Shown here in pieces: positions 1 through 7,672 of a stretch of 32,000 nt of DNA. The stretch's first letter is position 1. Each line of letters starts with the position of its first letter. Location: positions 150,001-182,000 of the forward strand of contig NC_007493.2 of NCBI RefSeq assembly GCF_000012905.2. Reading direction: 5' to 3'. Under the pieces are notes generated by a model. It was not told the origin of the DNA and did not search any database. It was given only the letters and a program-made list of their open reading frames with translations. Source of the DNA: Cereibacter sphaeroides 2.4.1 (GTDB taxonomy: Bacteria; Pseudomonadota; Alphaproteobacteria; Rhodobacterales; Rhodobacteraceae). Position numbers and translations under genes: made by a program.

Positions 1-337
1 CGTGGCGGTGGAAATACCACCAGGGCAGGCCGTTCACGCCCGAGACCAGCGTGCCCTCGGCCCCGAGCAGACGGGAGAGCTGCGGCACCACGGCAGGCAC
101 CGAATGGGCCTTGAGCGTCACGATCACATAATCCTGGGGCCCCAGCGCGGCGGGATCGGACGCCGCGCGCACGGGCACCGTCCGTGTGCCGCCCTCCTCG
201 ATCAGCGTGAGGCCGCGGGCCTGCATCGCCGCCAGATGCGGGCCGCGCGCCACCAGCGAGACATCGGCCCCCGCAGCTGCGAGTTTTGCGCCCATGTAGC
301 CGCCGATGGCGCCGGCGCCGAAGATGCAGATCCTCAT
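1..337 (-). CDS. 2-dehydropantoate 2-reductase family (ApbA/PanE-like), N-terminal part; the gene runs off the left edge
   Basis: Own translation of the minus strand from the ATG at 337: MRICIFGAGAIGGYMGAKLAAAGADVSLVARGPHLAAMQARGLTLIEEGG... This is a GxGxxG Rossmann N-terminus typical of ketopantoate reductases. The ATG overlaps the stop of the upstream gene (ATGA, 334-337). It is absent from the ORF track because it is open at the window edge. Confidence 0.75.
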   Translation of the reverse strand, partial: MRICIFGAGAIGGYMGAKLAAAGADVSLVARGPHLAAMQARGLTLIEEGGTRTVPVRAASDPAALGPQDYVIVTLKAHSVPAVVPQLSRLLGAEGTLVSGVNGLPWWYFHRH

Positions 338-1869
338 GCCGGGCTGACCAGCCCCAGCTTCTCGGCCAGCCCGATCCGCTGCAGCTTGCCGGTGGCCCCC
401 TTCGGGATCTCGTCGAGCAGCACCACGCGGCGCGGCACCTTGAACTCCGCAAGCCGGTCGGCACAGAAGGCGCGGATCGCCGCCTCGTCCGCGGCCATCC
501 CCTCGCGCAGCACGACCGCCGCCGCGACCTCCTCTCCGAGCTTCGGATGCGGCAGGGCGAAGGTCACGACCTGCAGGACGGCCGGATGGTCCATCAGCAC
601 CCCGTCGACCTCGAGCGGCGAGATCTTCTCGCCGCCGCGGTTGATGATCTCCTTGAGCCGCCCGGTGATCGTCAGATAGCCCTCGGCGTCGAAGCGGCCC
701 TGATCGCCGGTGCGGAACCAGCGCTCGCCCTCGGCCTCGAAGAAGCTCTTCGCGTTGGCGGCCTTGTTCGCTTCGTAGCCCGCCGTCACGTTCGGGCCCG
801 AGATCACCACCTCGCCCGTGCCCTCGATCAGCCGGTCGGAGGCCTCGTCGGCGATCCGGACCTGCGGCCCGGCCGCGACGCCCACCGATCCCGGCTTCTG
901 CGGGCGGGGCGGAAGCGGGTTCGAGGTCATCTGGTGGGCGGCTTCGGTCATGCCGTAGGCCTCGATCACCGGGGCGCGGAAGGTGGCCGACAGCGCCTCC
1001 ATCACCTGGGCGGGCAGCGAGGCCGAGGAGGAGCGGATGAAGCGCAGCGGCACGCGCTCGATCACCTCGGCATTGCGGGGCGCGCGGGCGAGGATGGCCT
1101 GATGCATCGTCGGCACCGCCGTGTACCAGGTGGGCCGGGCCGCCTCGATCCAGCCGAAGACCTTCAGCGCGTCGAACCCCGGCGCGCACCAGACCGAAGC
1201 GCCGGCGGCAAGGCTCGCCGATACCGCCGCCACCAGCCCGTGGATGTGGAAAAGCGGCATCATGTTGAGGCAACGGTCGTGCGGCGTGAGCGCGAGGCTG
1301 CCGGCGATATGGTGCGCGGATGCCGAGAGGTTGCCATGGCGAAGCGGCACGATCTTGGGCCGCGAGGTCGTGCCCGACGTATGCAGGATCAGGGCCAGGT
1401 CGCGCGGCCGCGCGGTGGCGCGCTCGGGCTCGCCCGGGGCCACGCTCTCGGCGCGCAGGGTGAAGCTGCCTGCGGGATCGGCCGCGTCATGTCCGAGGCG
1501 CAGGACCGCAAGGCCCAGATGGTTCGCGGCCACCAGAGCCGGGCCGTCATAGCCTTCGGCCAGCACGATGGCCTTGGCGCCGAGGTCCGAGAGGTAGAAT
1601 TCGAACTCTTCGAGCCGGTAGGCCGGATTGAGGGGCGCGGTGACGGCGCCCTCGGCAAGGGCCACGAAGGCCGTGGCCATCTCGGGTCCGTTCGGCAGAA
1701 CGATGGCCACCCGGTCGCCCTTTCCCACGCCCGCGGCATGGAGCGCCGTGACCGTATGGCCCACAAGCTCGCGCAGGCCCGCATAGGTCAGCCAGGGCCG
1801 GTCGGGGGCGCCGACGGCGAGGCCGTCATTGCGGTGGAAGGCGAAAAGGTCCGACAGGGTCGCGGTCAT
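334..1869 (-). CDS. AMP-dependent acyl-CoA synthetase/ligase, AAE3 (oxalate-CoA ligase)-like
   Basis: 511-aa track ORF with AMP-binding signatures (LHTSGTTSRPK, GYxxxxxA, TGDxG...GRxKE). The EEFEFYLSD block near the N-terminus matches what I remember from AAE3/Pcs60-type oxalyl-CoA synthetases. Substrate is inferred only. Confidence 0.85.
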   Translation of the reverse strand: MTATLSDLFAFHRNDGLAVGAPDRPWLTYAGLRELVGHTVTALHAAGVGKGDRVAIVLPNGPEMATAFVALAEGAVTAPLNPAYRLEEFEFYLSDLGAKAIVLAEGYDGPALVAANHLGLAVLRLGHDAADPAGSFTLRAESVAPGEPERATARPRDLALILHTSGTTSRPKIVPLRHGNLSASAHHIAGSLALTPHDRCLNMMPLFHIHGLVAAVSASLAAGASVWCAPGFDALKVFGWIEAARPTWYTAVPTMHQAILARAPRNAEVIERVPLRFIRSSSASLPAQVMEALSATFRAPVIEAYGMTEAAHQMTSNPLPPRPQKPGSVGVAAGPQVRIADEASDRLIEGTGEVVISGPNVTAGYEANKAANAKSFFEAEGERWFRTGDQGRFDAEGYLTITGRLKEIINRGGEKISPLEVDGVLMDHPAVLQVVTFALPHPKLGEEVAAAVVLREGMAADEAAIRAFCADRLAEFKVPRRVVLLDEIPKGATGKLQRIGLAEKLGLVSPA

Positions 1870-2001
1870 GGGCTGTTCCTTCGACGGTCGCGGAGGCGCG
1901 GATTGCCCCCGGAAGCGCCGCTTGCGCGGCGCGGTCCGGAGACATCTCGCGCCGCATTCGCGGCCGGGTCAAGGGAGCATCCTCGCCGCGGGGCAGCGAG
2001 G

Positions 2002-2688
2002 TCAGACCACCTCGACGCGCAGCGAGCCGAGACCGTCGATGCTGGCCTCCATCACGTCTCCGCGCTGCACCGCGCCGACCCCGGAAGGCGTGCCCGTCAG
2101 GATCACGTCGCCCGCGGCCAGCGCGAAATGGCGCGACAGGACGGAGATCATTTCCGGCACCTTCCAGATCATCTGGTTGAGATCGCCCTCCTGCCGCAGC
2201 GCGCCATTGACACGGAGCTCGATCCGCCCCGCTTCGGGATGGCCGATCCGCGCTGCGGGATGCACCGGACCCACCGGGGCGGACCGTTCGAAGGCTTTGC
2301 CCACCTCCCACGGCCGGCCGGCCTTCTTCGCCTCGCCCTGCAGGTCGCGCCGGGTCATGTCGAGGGCGAGCGCATAGCCCCACACATGGGCCATCGCCTC
2401 CTCGACCGGAATGTCCGTCCCGCCCGAGCCCAGCATCACCGCGAGCTCGACCTCGTGATGGACGTCCAAGCTTTCGGGCGGGTAGGGGAAGCGGCCCGAC
2501 GGGTCGAGATTGTCGGGGTTCTTCTGGAAGAAGAACGGCGGCTCGCGGTCGGGATCGCCGCCCATCTCGACCGCATGGGCGGCATAGTTCCGGCCGATGC
2601 AGTAGACGCGCCGCACCGGGAAGAGCGTCTGGCTCTCCGCAACGGGCAGGGAGGGCGCGGCGGGCGGGGCAAAGACATGGTCGGACAT
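2002..2688 (-). CDS. Fumarylacetoacetate hydrolase (FAH) family protein
   Basis: 228-aa track ORF. VYCIGRNYAAHAVEMG, HHEVELAV and GDVILTGTPSGVG are typical of the FAH/YcgM/FAHD1 family. Confidence 0.85.
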   Translation of the reverse strand: MSDHVFAPPAAPSLPVAESQTLFPVRRVYCIGRNYAAHAVEMGGDPDREPPFFFQKNPDNLDPSGRFPYPPESLDVHHEVELAVMLGSGGTDIPVEEAMAHVWGYALALDMTRRDLQGEAKKAGRPWEVGKAFERSAPVGPVHPAARIGHPEAGRIELRVNGALRQEGDLNQMIWKVPEMISVLSRHFALAAGDVILTGTPSGVGAVQRGDVMEASIDGLGSLRVEVV

Positions 2689-2754
2689 CGGATCTCCTCG
2701 GCTGATCCCGCCTTGATCGCAGAGAACGGCCGAGCCCGCCAGAGGCCTCGGCCC

Positions 2755-3738
2755 TCAGAGGCTGGCCAGAGCCTCGGCCGCGATCGTGAACGAGCGCAGC
2801 CGCGCCGCGGGGTCGTGGATCTGCCCGGTGAGGATCACCTCGTCGGGCCGGTGCCGCTCGAGAAGGGCCGCCAGCTCGCGCCGCACGGTGTCGGGGCCGC
2901 CGGTGGCCGAGACGGACAGCGCCTGATCGACCGTCCGGAGCATGCCGGGATCGACATGGGCCGAGATATCCTCGACCGGGCGCGGCAGCTTGCCTGGGCG
3001 GCCCAGGCGGAGATTGGCGAAGGCCAGCTGGGCGGAGGAGCGGAGGTAGCGGCCCTCGGCATCGTCGGCCCCGGCAAAGACGTTGATCGCCACCATGGCG
3101 CGGGGCCTGTCGAGCTGGGCCGAGGGCCGGAAGCCCTGCCGGTAGGCCGCCAGCGCCGCCTCGAGGGCGGGCGGCGCGAAATGCGAGGCGAAGGCATAGG
3201 GCAGGCCGAAATGGGCCGCGAGCTGCGCGCCATAGAGGCTCGAGCCGAGGATCCACAGCGGCACGCGGGTGCCCTGGCCGGGGATGGCCTGGATCGCGCC
3301 CGGCTCCGGCTCGCCGAAGTAGCGCAGGAGTTCCAGCACGTCGGCAGGGAAACTGTCGGTGACATCGAGGTTGCGCCGCAGCGCCTGCGCGGTGCGCCCG
3401 TCGGTGCCGGGGGCCCGGCCGAGGCCCAGATCGATCCGGCCCGGATGCAGCTCGGCCAGAGTGCCGAACGCTTCGGCCACCATCAGCGGGGCGTGGTTGG
3501 GCAGCATGATCCCGCCCGACCCCACGCGGATGCGCTGGGTGTGGGCCGCGACATGGCCGATGAGAACCGCCGTCGCCGCCGAGGCGATGCCCGGCATGGC
3601 ATGATGCTCGGCCAGCCAGTAGCGGTGAAAGCCCAGGGCTTCGGCATGGCGGGCGAGGGTGACGGTCTGGGCGAGAGCCTCGGACGTGGTGGCGCCTTCC
3701 GGCACCGGAGCGAGGTCGAGAACGGAATAGGGGATCAT
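2755..3738 (-). CDS. LLM-class (luciferase-like) flavin-dependent oxidoreductase
   Basis: Track ORF 2755..3762. I prefer the start at [12 protein letters not shown] (ATG at 3738, preceded by AAAGGAAC); 3762 is the alternative. [10 protein letters not shown] and the [12 protein letters not shown] block are typical of the YhbW/LLM family. Confidence 0.8.
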   Translation of the reverse strand: MIPYSVLDLAPVPEGATTSEALAQTVTLARHAEALGFHRYWLAEHHAMPGIASAATAVLIGHVAAHTQRIRVGSGGIMLPNHAPLMVAEAFGTLAELHPGRIDLGLGRAPGTDGRTAQALRRNLDVTDSFPADVLELLRYFGEPEPGAIQAIPGQGTRVPLWILGSSLYGAQLAAHFGLPYAFASHFAPPALEAALAAYRQGFRPSAQLDRPRAMVAINVFAGADDAEGRYLRSSAQLAFANLRLGRPGKLPRPVEDISAHVDPGMLRTVDQALSVSATGGPDTVRRELAALLERHRPDEVILTGQIHDPAARLRSFTIAAEALASL

Positions 3739-3779
3739 GGGAGGTTCCTTTGCCCTCGCCATATGGGGTCCGGCATCGA

Positions 3780-3799
3780 GCCCGCCAAGGGTGGCGGGC
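3780..3799 (-). terminator. GC hairpin downstream of the AI-2E transporter gene (weak terminator candidate)
   Basis: Minus strand GCCCGCC-ACCCUU-GGCGGGC, a 7-bp stem starting 16 nt after the stop at 3815. There is no real U-tract, so read-through into the LLM gene is possible. Confidence 0.3.
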
Positions 3800-3814
3800 C
3801 CGCCCTGCCTTCCG

Positions 3815-5011
3815 TCAGCGCGACTCGGAGCGGAACGGGTGGAGCGGGGCGGGCAGAGGGTCGGGCAGGGGCTCCAGCGGGTGCCCCATCTCCTCCGTCT
3901 CGGCGATGTCGATCTCGCGCTGCCATTCGCGCCACATGGCGACGAGCAGCGCCATCAGCACCGGCCCGACGAAGAGGCCCACGATCCCCATGGTCTCGAT
4001 GCCGCCCACGAGGCCGAAGAAGGTGGGCAGGAACGGCAGCTTCACCGGTCCGCCGACCAGCACCGGGCGGATCGTCTTGTCGACGACGAAGAGTTCCACC
4101 GTCCCCCAGAGGAAGAGGCCGAGCCCCGCCCAGGGCGAGCCGCTGGCCGCGAGATAGGACGAGGCCACGATCACGCAGAACGGCGCGCCCCCCGGAATGA
4201 GGGCCATGAAGCCCGTGATGACGCCGAGCGTCACCGGCGAAGGCATCCCCGCGATCCAGTAGGCCGTGCCCAGCACGACGCCCTCGCCCATGGCAATGAG
4301 CGTCATGCCGGTCACGGTCGAACTGATGGTGGCAGGGACCACGCGCGAGATCCGGTCCCAGCGGTCGGGCAGGATGCGGGTGCCGACGCGGTCCACCTGC
4401 GCCGCGATCCGCTCGCCGTCGCGGTAGAAGATGAAGAGCGCGATCAGCATGAAGAGCAGGGTCAGCGCGAGGTGGAAGGCCAGCGTGCCCGCCGTCAGGA
4501 TCCCGCGCGAGATCGTGCCGATGTTGGCGCCCGAGACGAGCTGGACCATCTCGCTGATCGCCCCCGGCTCGCCGATGTAGGTCCGCCACTTCTCGCCGAC
4601 CCAGGGCCCCACATGCGGCAGCGCCTCGAGCCAGACCGGCGGCGGCGCGCCGGTGCTGTTCGTATTGATCGCCCAGCCGATCCAGGCCTGCAGCTCGCGG
4701 AAGGCATAGAGCAGCGCCATCATGACCGGGATCACGAGGAAGCCCACGATCATCATGACAAGAAGTGCGCCCGCGATGCCGCGGCTGATCGGAAGCGACC
4801 GCTCGAGCTTCAGCATCAGCGGCCAGCTCGCAAAGGCGATGATGAGCGCCGCCAGCACCGGTACGAGGAAGCCGTGGAAGAAATAGACCGACGCTGCAAG
4901 AATCAGCAGAAGCAGCCAGCGGGCGGCCGAAATGTCGGTGATGAGGGGTCTGCGCACGCGTTTCGGCGGCAGCCGGTGCTCGCCCAGCCTGTCTGTTCTC
5001 GTCTCGTTCAT
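3815..5011 (-). CDS. AI-2E family transporter (PerM/UPF0118-like permease)
   Basis: Track ORF 3815..5059 is multi-TM and hydrophobic throughout, with an AI-2E-like layout. The start is uncertain: ATG at 5011 (MNETRTDRL...) is preferred over the TTG at 5059. An 8-bp GC hairpin (5037-5057) lies between the two. Confidence 0.75.
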   Translation of the reverse strand: MNETRTDRLGEHRLPPKRVRRPLITDISAARWLLLLILAASVYFFHGFLVPVLAALIIAFASWPLMLKLERSLPISRGIAGALLVMMIVGFLVIPVMMALLYAFRELQAWIGWAINTNSTGAPPPVWLEALPHVGPWVGEKWRTYIGEPGAISEMVQLVSGANIGTISRGILTAGTLAFHLALTLLFMLIALFIFYRDGERIAAQVDRVGTRILPDRWDRISRVVPATISSTVTGMTLIAMGEGVVLGTAYWIAGMPSPVTLGVITGFMALIPGGAPFCVIVASSYLAASGSPWAGLGLFLWGTVELFVVDKTIRPVLVGGPVKLPFLPTFFGLVGGIETMGIVGLFVGPVLMALLVAMWREWQREIDIAETEEMGHPLEPLPDPLPAPLHPFRSESR

Positions 5012-5126
5012 TGCAGTGACGGCCGTGCCCCCCATCGCGGCGGCCAGATGCCGCCGCAATCCTATTTAAGCAAAGATCCGCAAGATGCACCTCTGCCGGC
5101 ACGGTTCGGACGAAAAAAACAGGCGG

Positions 5127-6479
5127 TCAGGCGCTGCGGCGGCGGTCCTGGCGCGAGGAGATGCGGGTCAGCACGCTCGGCATGACGTTCGCCAGCAGGA
5201 ATTCGGGGTTGATGCGCTTGTCGCAGCATTGGGACGCGGGCATCCGGCAGGCGCGCATCGAGCAGCAGTCGGCATTGGCCGGGCAGGCCACACGGGCGAG
5301 GGCGGCCGGAAGCAGCGCAAGATGTGCGAACCCGGCATCGGCGCCGGAGTCCTTCAGCTTCGAGGGGGGAAGTTGCGCCAGCCGGCCCCCGACCAGGATG
5401 CTCAGGCCGGGAAGATCGGTCCGCGCCCTGAGCGCGGAGACGAACCGCAGCGTGTCGGCCTCCTGCTCGGTTCCCTCCAGAAGGCTCGGCGCCACGACCA
5501 GCGTCGAGGTGCGCGAGGTCTTCAGCCGCGCGGCCAGGGCCGCGACGCTCTCGGGATGCACGACCGAGGTCGACCAGCCCACGGCGCGCAGCATCTCGGC
5601 CGCGAGGGCCGCCTCGAGGATCGGCTTGTGACCCGGCACGCCGGCGACCAGCACGGCGCCCACGCTCTTCTGCGGGTCGGGCAGGTGATGGATCCGGCGC
5701 AGCGCCATCTGCAGGGCCGAATAGGCCAGCGTCACCTGCATCCGCGAGATGCGATCCTCGGCCAGCGCGCGCGTCAGGCGCTCGGCGCAGGCCTCGAACA
5801 GCCGCGCGAAATCGGCGGCGGTCGGCGCATGGGCGCGCAGCAGCTCCTCGACCTCGGTCAGGCGACCGAGCGGATCGGTGCTCAGCAGATCGGAGAGCCG
5901 CGCCACGGCCTTGGCACGGCCGGAGCGGCCCGCCTGCGCCTCGGTCAGGGCATAAAGGGCGAAGGTGTCCGCCTCGACGGGGGTATCGGGGGCGAGAGTC
6001 CGCGCTGCGCAGACGTCGGAGAGGAAACGGCGCACGGCGGCGATCCTATCGAAAGAGAAGATGTTGGTGTTGTCGGCCACCAGGCTGCGGCCCACGGTCA
6101 CGATCTGCCGGCTCTCGGCCAGCCCGAGGCTGCGCATGTCGGCCTCCGAGCAGGAGAGCTGCATGTGCCATCCCGCAAAGCGGCGCTTGGCGATCGGTTC
6201 CTCTGCGAGGATCTCGACGTTGCTGTGGCGCCGGTCCCGCTGGATGTGGGTCATGACCTCCGCCACGGCGGCGGGGCGGCCTTCGAGCCACTGGAAGAAG
6301 ACGCCCTGGCTGTAGAAGAGCGCGCCGGTCAGCTGCGCCCGGGCATTGTGCGCCTGCGAGGTCTCGACGATGTCGAGGAGGTCGCGCAGCGTCAGATCCG
6401 GGGCCGCCAGGCTGCGGTAGCAGCAGGAAACCAGATCCGAGCCCGTCATCGTGACGTCCGCCTCGAGGTCGTGTTGCAT
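5127..6479 (-). CDS. appA: AppA, blue-light/redox antirepressor of PpsR (BLUF domain + SCHIC domain + Cys-rich C-terminus)
   Basis: The track ORF 5127..6524, trimmed to the ATG at 6479, gives 450 aa starting MQHDLEADVTMTGSDLVSCCYRSLAAPDLTLRDLLDIVETSQAHNARAQLTGALFYSQGVFFQWLEG. I recognise this as R. sphaeroides AppA. The C-terminal CPANADCCSMRACRMPASQCC Cys cluster is present. Confidence 0.95.
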   Translation of the reverse strand: MQHDLEADVTMTGSDLVSCCYRSLAAPDLTLRDLLDIVETSQAHNARAQLTGALFYSQGVFFQWLEGRPAAVAEVMTHIQRDRRHSNVEILAEEPIAKRRFAGWHMQLSCSEADMRSLGLAESRQIVTVGRSLVADNTNIFSFDRIAAVRRFLSDVCAARTLAPDTPVEADTFALYALTEAQAGRSGRAKAVARLSDLLSTDPLGRLTEVEELLRAHAPTAADFARLFEACAERLTRALAEDRISRMQVTLAYSALQMALRRIHHLPDPQKSVGAVLVAGVPGHKPILEAALAAEMLRAVGWSTSVVHPESVAALAARLKTSRTSTLVVAPSLLEGTEQEADTLRFVSALRARTDLPGLSILVGGRLAQLPPSKLKDSGADAGFAHLALLPAALARVACPANADCCSMRACRMPASQCCDKRINPEFLLANVMPSVLTRISSRQDRRRSA

Positions 6480-6592
6480 CCTTCGCCCCTTACTGCCGGG
6501 CAGCCCCTGAAACAAGCGTGCCAACAGCGCAGGCCGGGGCCTGCGTCAATTGGTCGTGCCGTTCCTGTCCTGCTGCTCTCCGAGCGTCTCCT

Positions 6593-6745
6593 CCTCGGCA
6601 GGCCCTGCCTCCCGAGGTCTCCGGCAGCCGGAGTGAACTCCGGCGGTCCGTCAGCGGCCTCTTCGGCCGAACCTGAATATCAGGGCCGTGGCGGGGTGCG
6701 GCGGTGCTTCCACCGCCCTGCGTCCCGGCACTCGCCTCACTCGCA
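6593..6745 (-). promoter_or_regulatory. Candidate cobalamin (B12) riboswitch-like element in the appA leader
   Basis: Minus strand reads GAGUGCCGGGACGC AGGGC GGUGGAAGCACC GCCGCACCCCGCCACGG (6730 to 6686). Three short hairpins follow, then GCUGCCGGAGACCUCGGG (6628 to 6611). The remembered RF00174 core for comparison is AGGGAA-GGUGnnAAUCC-GCnGCCCCCGCnACUGU ... AGYCMGGAGACCKGCC. A hairpin CCUCGG..CCGAGG overlaps the box end. The match is divergent and needs a covariance-model search. Confidence 0.4.
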
Positions 6746-6756
6746 CGATGGTTGAC

Positions 6757-6785
6757 AGCATCGGGTCCGAGCCGGATCGAGTCAA
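6757..6785 (-). promoter_or_regulatory. Candidate sigma70-type promoter for the appA leader
   Basis: Minus strand TTGACT (6785-6780), 17-nt spacer, GATGCT (6762-6757). This would start transcription about 15-20 nt upstream of the riboswitch-like core. The -10 is weak. Confidence 0.25.
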
Positions 6786-6947
6786 GGATCGGGCGGGGGG
6801 GTGCGTCAACATATACCTGAGACCTCGGATTAAGCCGCCGCCGCGGCGCGGATGGCGGATCGACGCCGCATGCGGCCGAAGCCCGAAGGCCGCTTGCGGG
6901 CCGAGAGAAAATCAGCGCCAATCGGGCGATGCCGAAGGGAGGGACGG

Positions 6948-7637
6948 ATGGACGAGACCGCGCTGATCGTGGCCCATGGGCAGCCGTCGGACCCGTTGCC
7001 GGCGGCGGCGGAGATCGAGGCGCTGGCCGCGGCCGTGGGCGCGCACCTGCCGGGCTGGCGGCTCCGGGCGGCGACTTTGGCCGAGCCCGGCGCGCTGGCG
7101 CGCGAGGTAGCTGCGGCAGGGCGACCGGGGATCGTCTATCCGCTCTTCATGGCGGGCGGCTGGTTCACGCGCACGAACCTGCCGCGCCAGCTTTCGGCGG
7201 CGGGCGGCACGGGCTGGCGCATCGCCGAACCCTTCGGCACGGATCCCGCGGTCTCGGATCTCACCGTGGAGATTGCCTGCGAGGCGCTGTCCCACAGGCC
7301 CGCCCCCGCCATCCTGCTGGCGGCGCATGGGTCGTTCCGCAGCCCGGCGCCGTCCGAGGTGGCGCGGGCGATGGCCGCGCGCCTGTCCGAGGAGACGGGC
7401 CTGCCCTGCGAGGCGGCCTTCATCGATCAGGAGCCGCAGATCGCGGCCCGTGCGCGGCTCATGCCCGAGGCGTTGTGCCTGCCCTTCTTCGCGGCCCGCG
7501 GCGGGCATGTGGTGGAGGACCTGCCTGCGGCGCTGGCAGAGGCGGCGTTCCGGGGAACGGTTCTGGAGCCGGTGGGCCTCGATCCGCGGGTCCCGGCGCT
7601 GATCGCCCGCGCCATCTCGTCTCCGGGCCGCGCGTAG
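6948..7637 (+). CDS. CbiX/SirB-type class II tetrapyrrole chelatase, two-domain form
   Basis: Track ORF 6852..7637, trimmed to the ATG at 6948, which is preceded by GGGAGGGA. It has two repeated halves, each with the chelatase His motif (LIVAHGQPS and LLAAHGSFRSP). Confidence 0.75.
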   Translation: MDETALIVAHGQPSDPLPAAAEIEALAAAVGAHLPGWRLRAATLAEPGALAREVAAAGRPGIVYPLFMAGGWFTRTNLPRQLSAAGGTGWRIAEPFGTDPAVSDLTVEIACEALSHRPAPAILLAAHGSFRSPAPSEVARAMAARLSEETGLPCEAAFIDQEPQIAARARLMPEALCLPFFAARGGHVVEDLPAALAEAAFRGTVLEPVGLDPRVPALIARAISSPGRA

Positions 7638-7638
7638 C

Positions 7639-7665
7639 CCGCCATTCGCGCTTCGCGAGCGGCGG
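7639..7665. terminator. Hairpin in the 35-nt convergent gap (bidirectional terminator candidate)
   Basis: CCGCC-A-UUCGCG-CUU-CGCGAG-C-GGCGG, about 11 bp, between the chelatase stop (7637) and the kinase stop (7673). No U-tract. Confidence 0.35.
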
Positions 7666-7672
7666 TGCCGGG

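Noticed and set aside
286-4200. A 1304-aa plus-strand ORF, together with similar long ORFs at 1826..3256 (-), 3737..5185 (+), 3735..5102 (-) and 5085..6755 (+).
   Set aside because: They lie antisense to, or out of frame with, genes that have clear family signatures (acyl-CoA ligase, FAH, LLM, AI-2E, AppA). Their products are Arg/Gly/Ala/Pro-rich low-complexity strings typical of stop-codon-poor shadow frames in DNA of about 68% GC.
5100-5127. A T7 run (minus strand CCGCCUGUUUUUUUCG) directly after the appA stop, considered as a rho-independent terminator.
   Set aside because: I could not find a convincing GC stem immediately upstream of the U-tract. The best pairing is 4 bp with a loop of more than 20 nt. 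It is therefore not called as a terminator, and it may simply be AT-rich spacer or promoter DNA for the AI-2E transporter gene.
6615-6625. The B12-box core GCCGGAGACCU taken on its own as proof of a riboswitch.
   Set aside because: My rough composition-based estimate is that the degenerate 10-nt core would occur by chance about 0.5 times in 64 kb of this GC content. The box alone is therefore not evidence. The riboswitch is reported only as a candidate, based on the combination with the CCCGCCAC/AGGG/GGUG blocks, and it needs a covariance-model test.
6490-6966. ORFs 6490..6921 (-), 143 aa, and 6688..6966 (+), 92 aa, in the appA/chelatase intergenic region.
   Set aside because: They have no SD, no family resemblance and a low-complexity basic composition. 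They overlap the RNA-motif and promoter region. I treat the region as non-coding.
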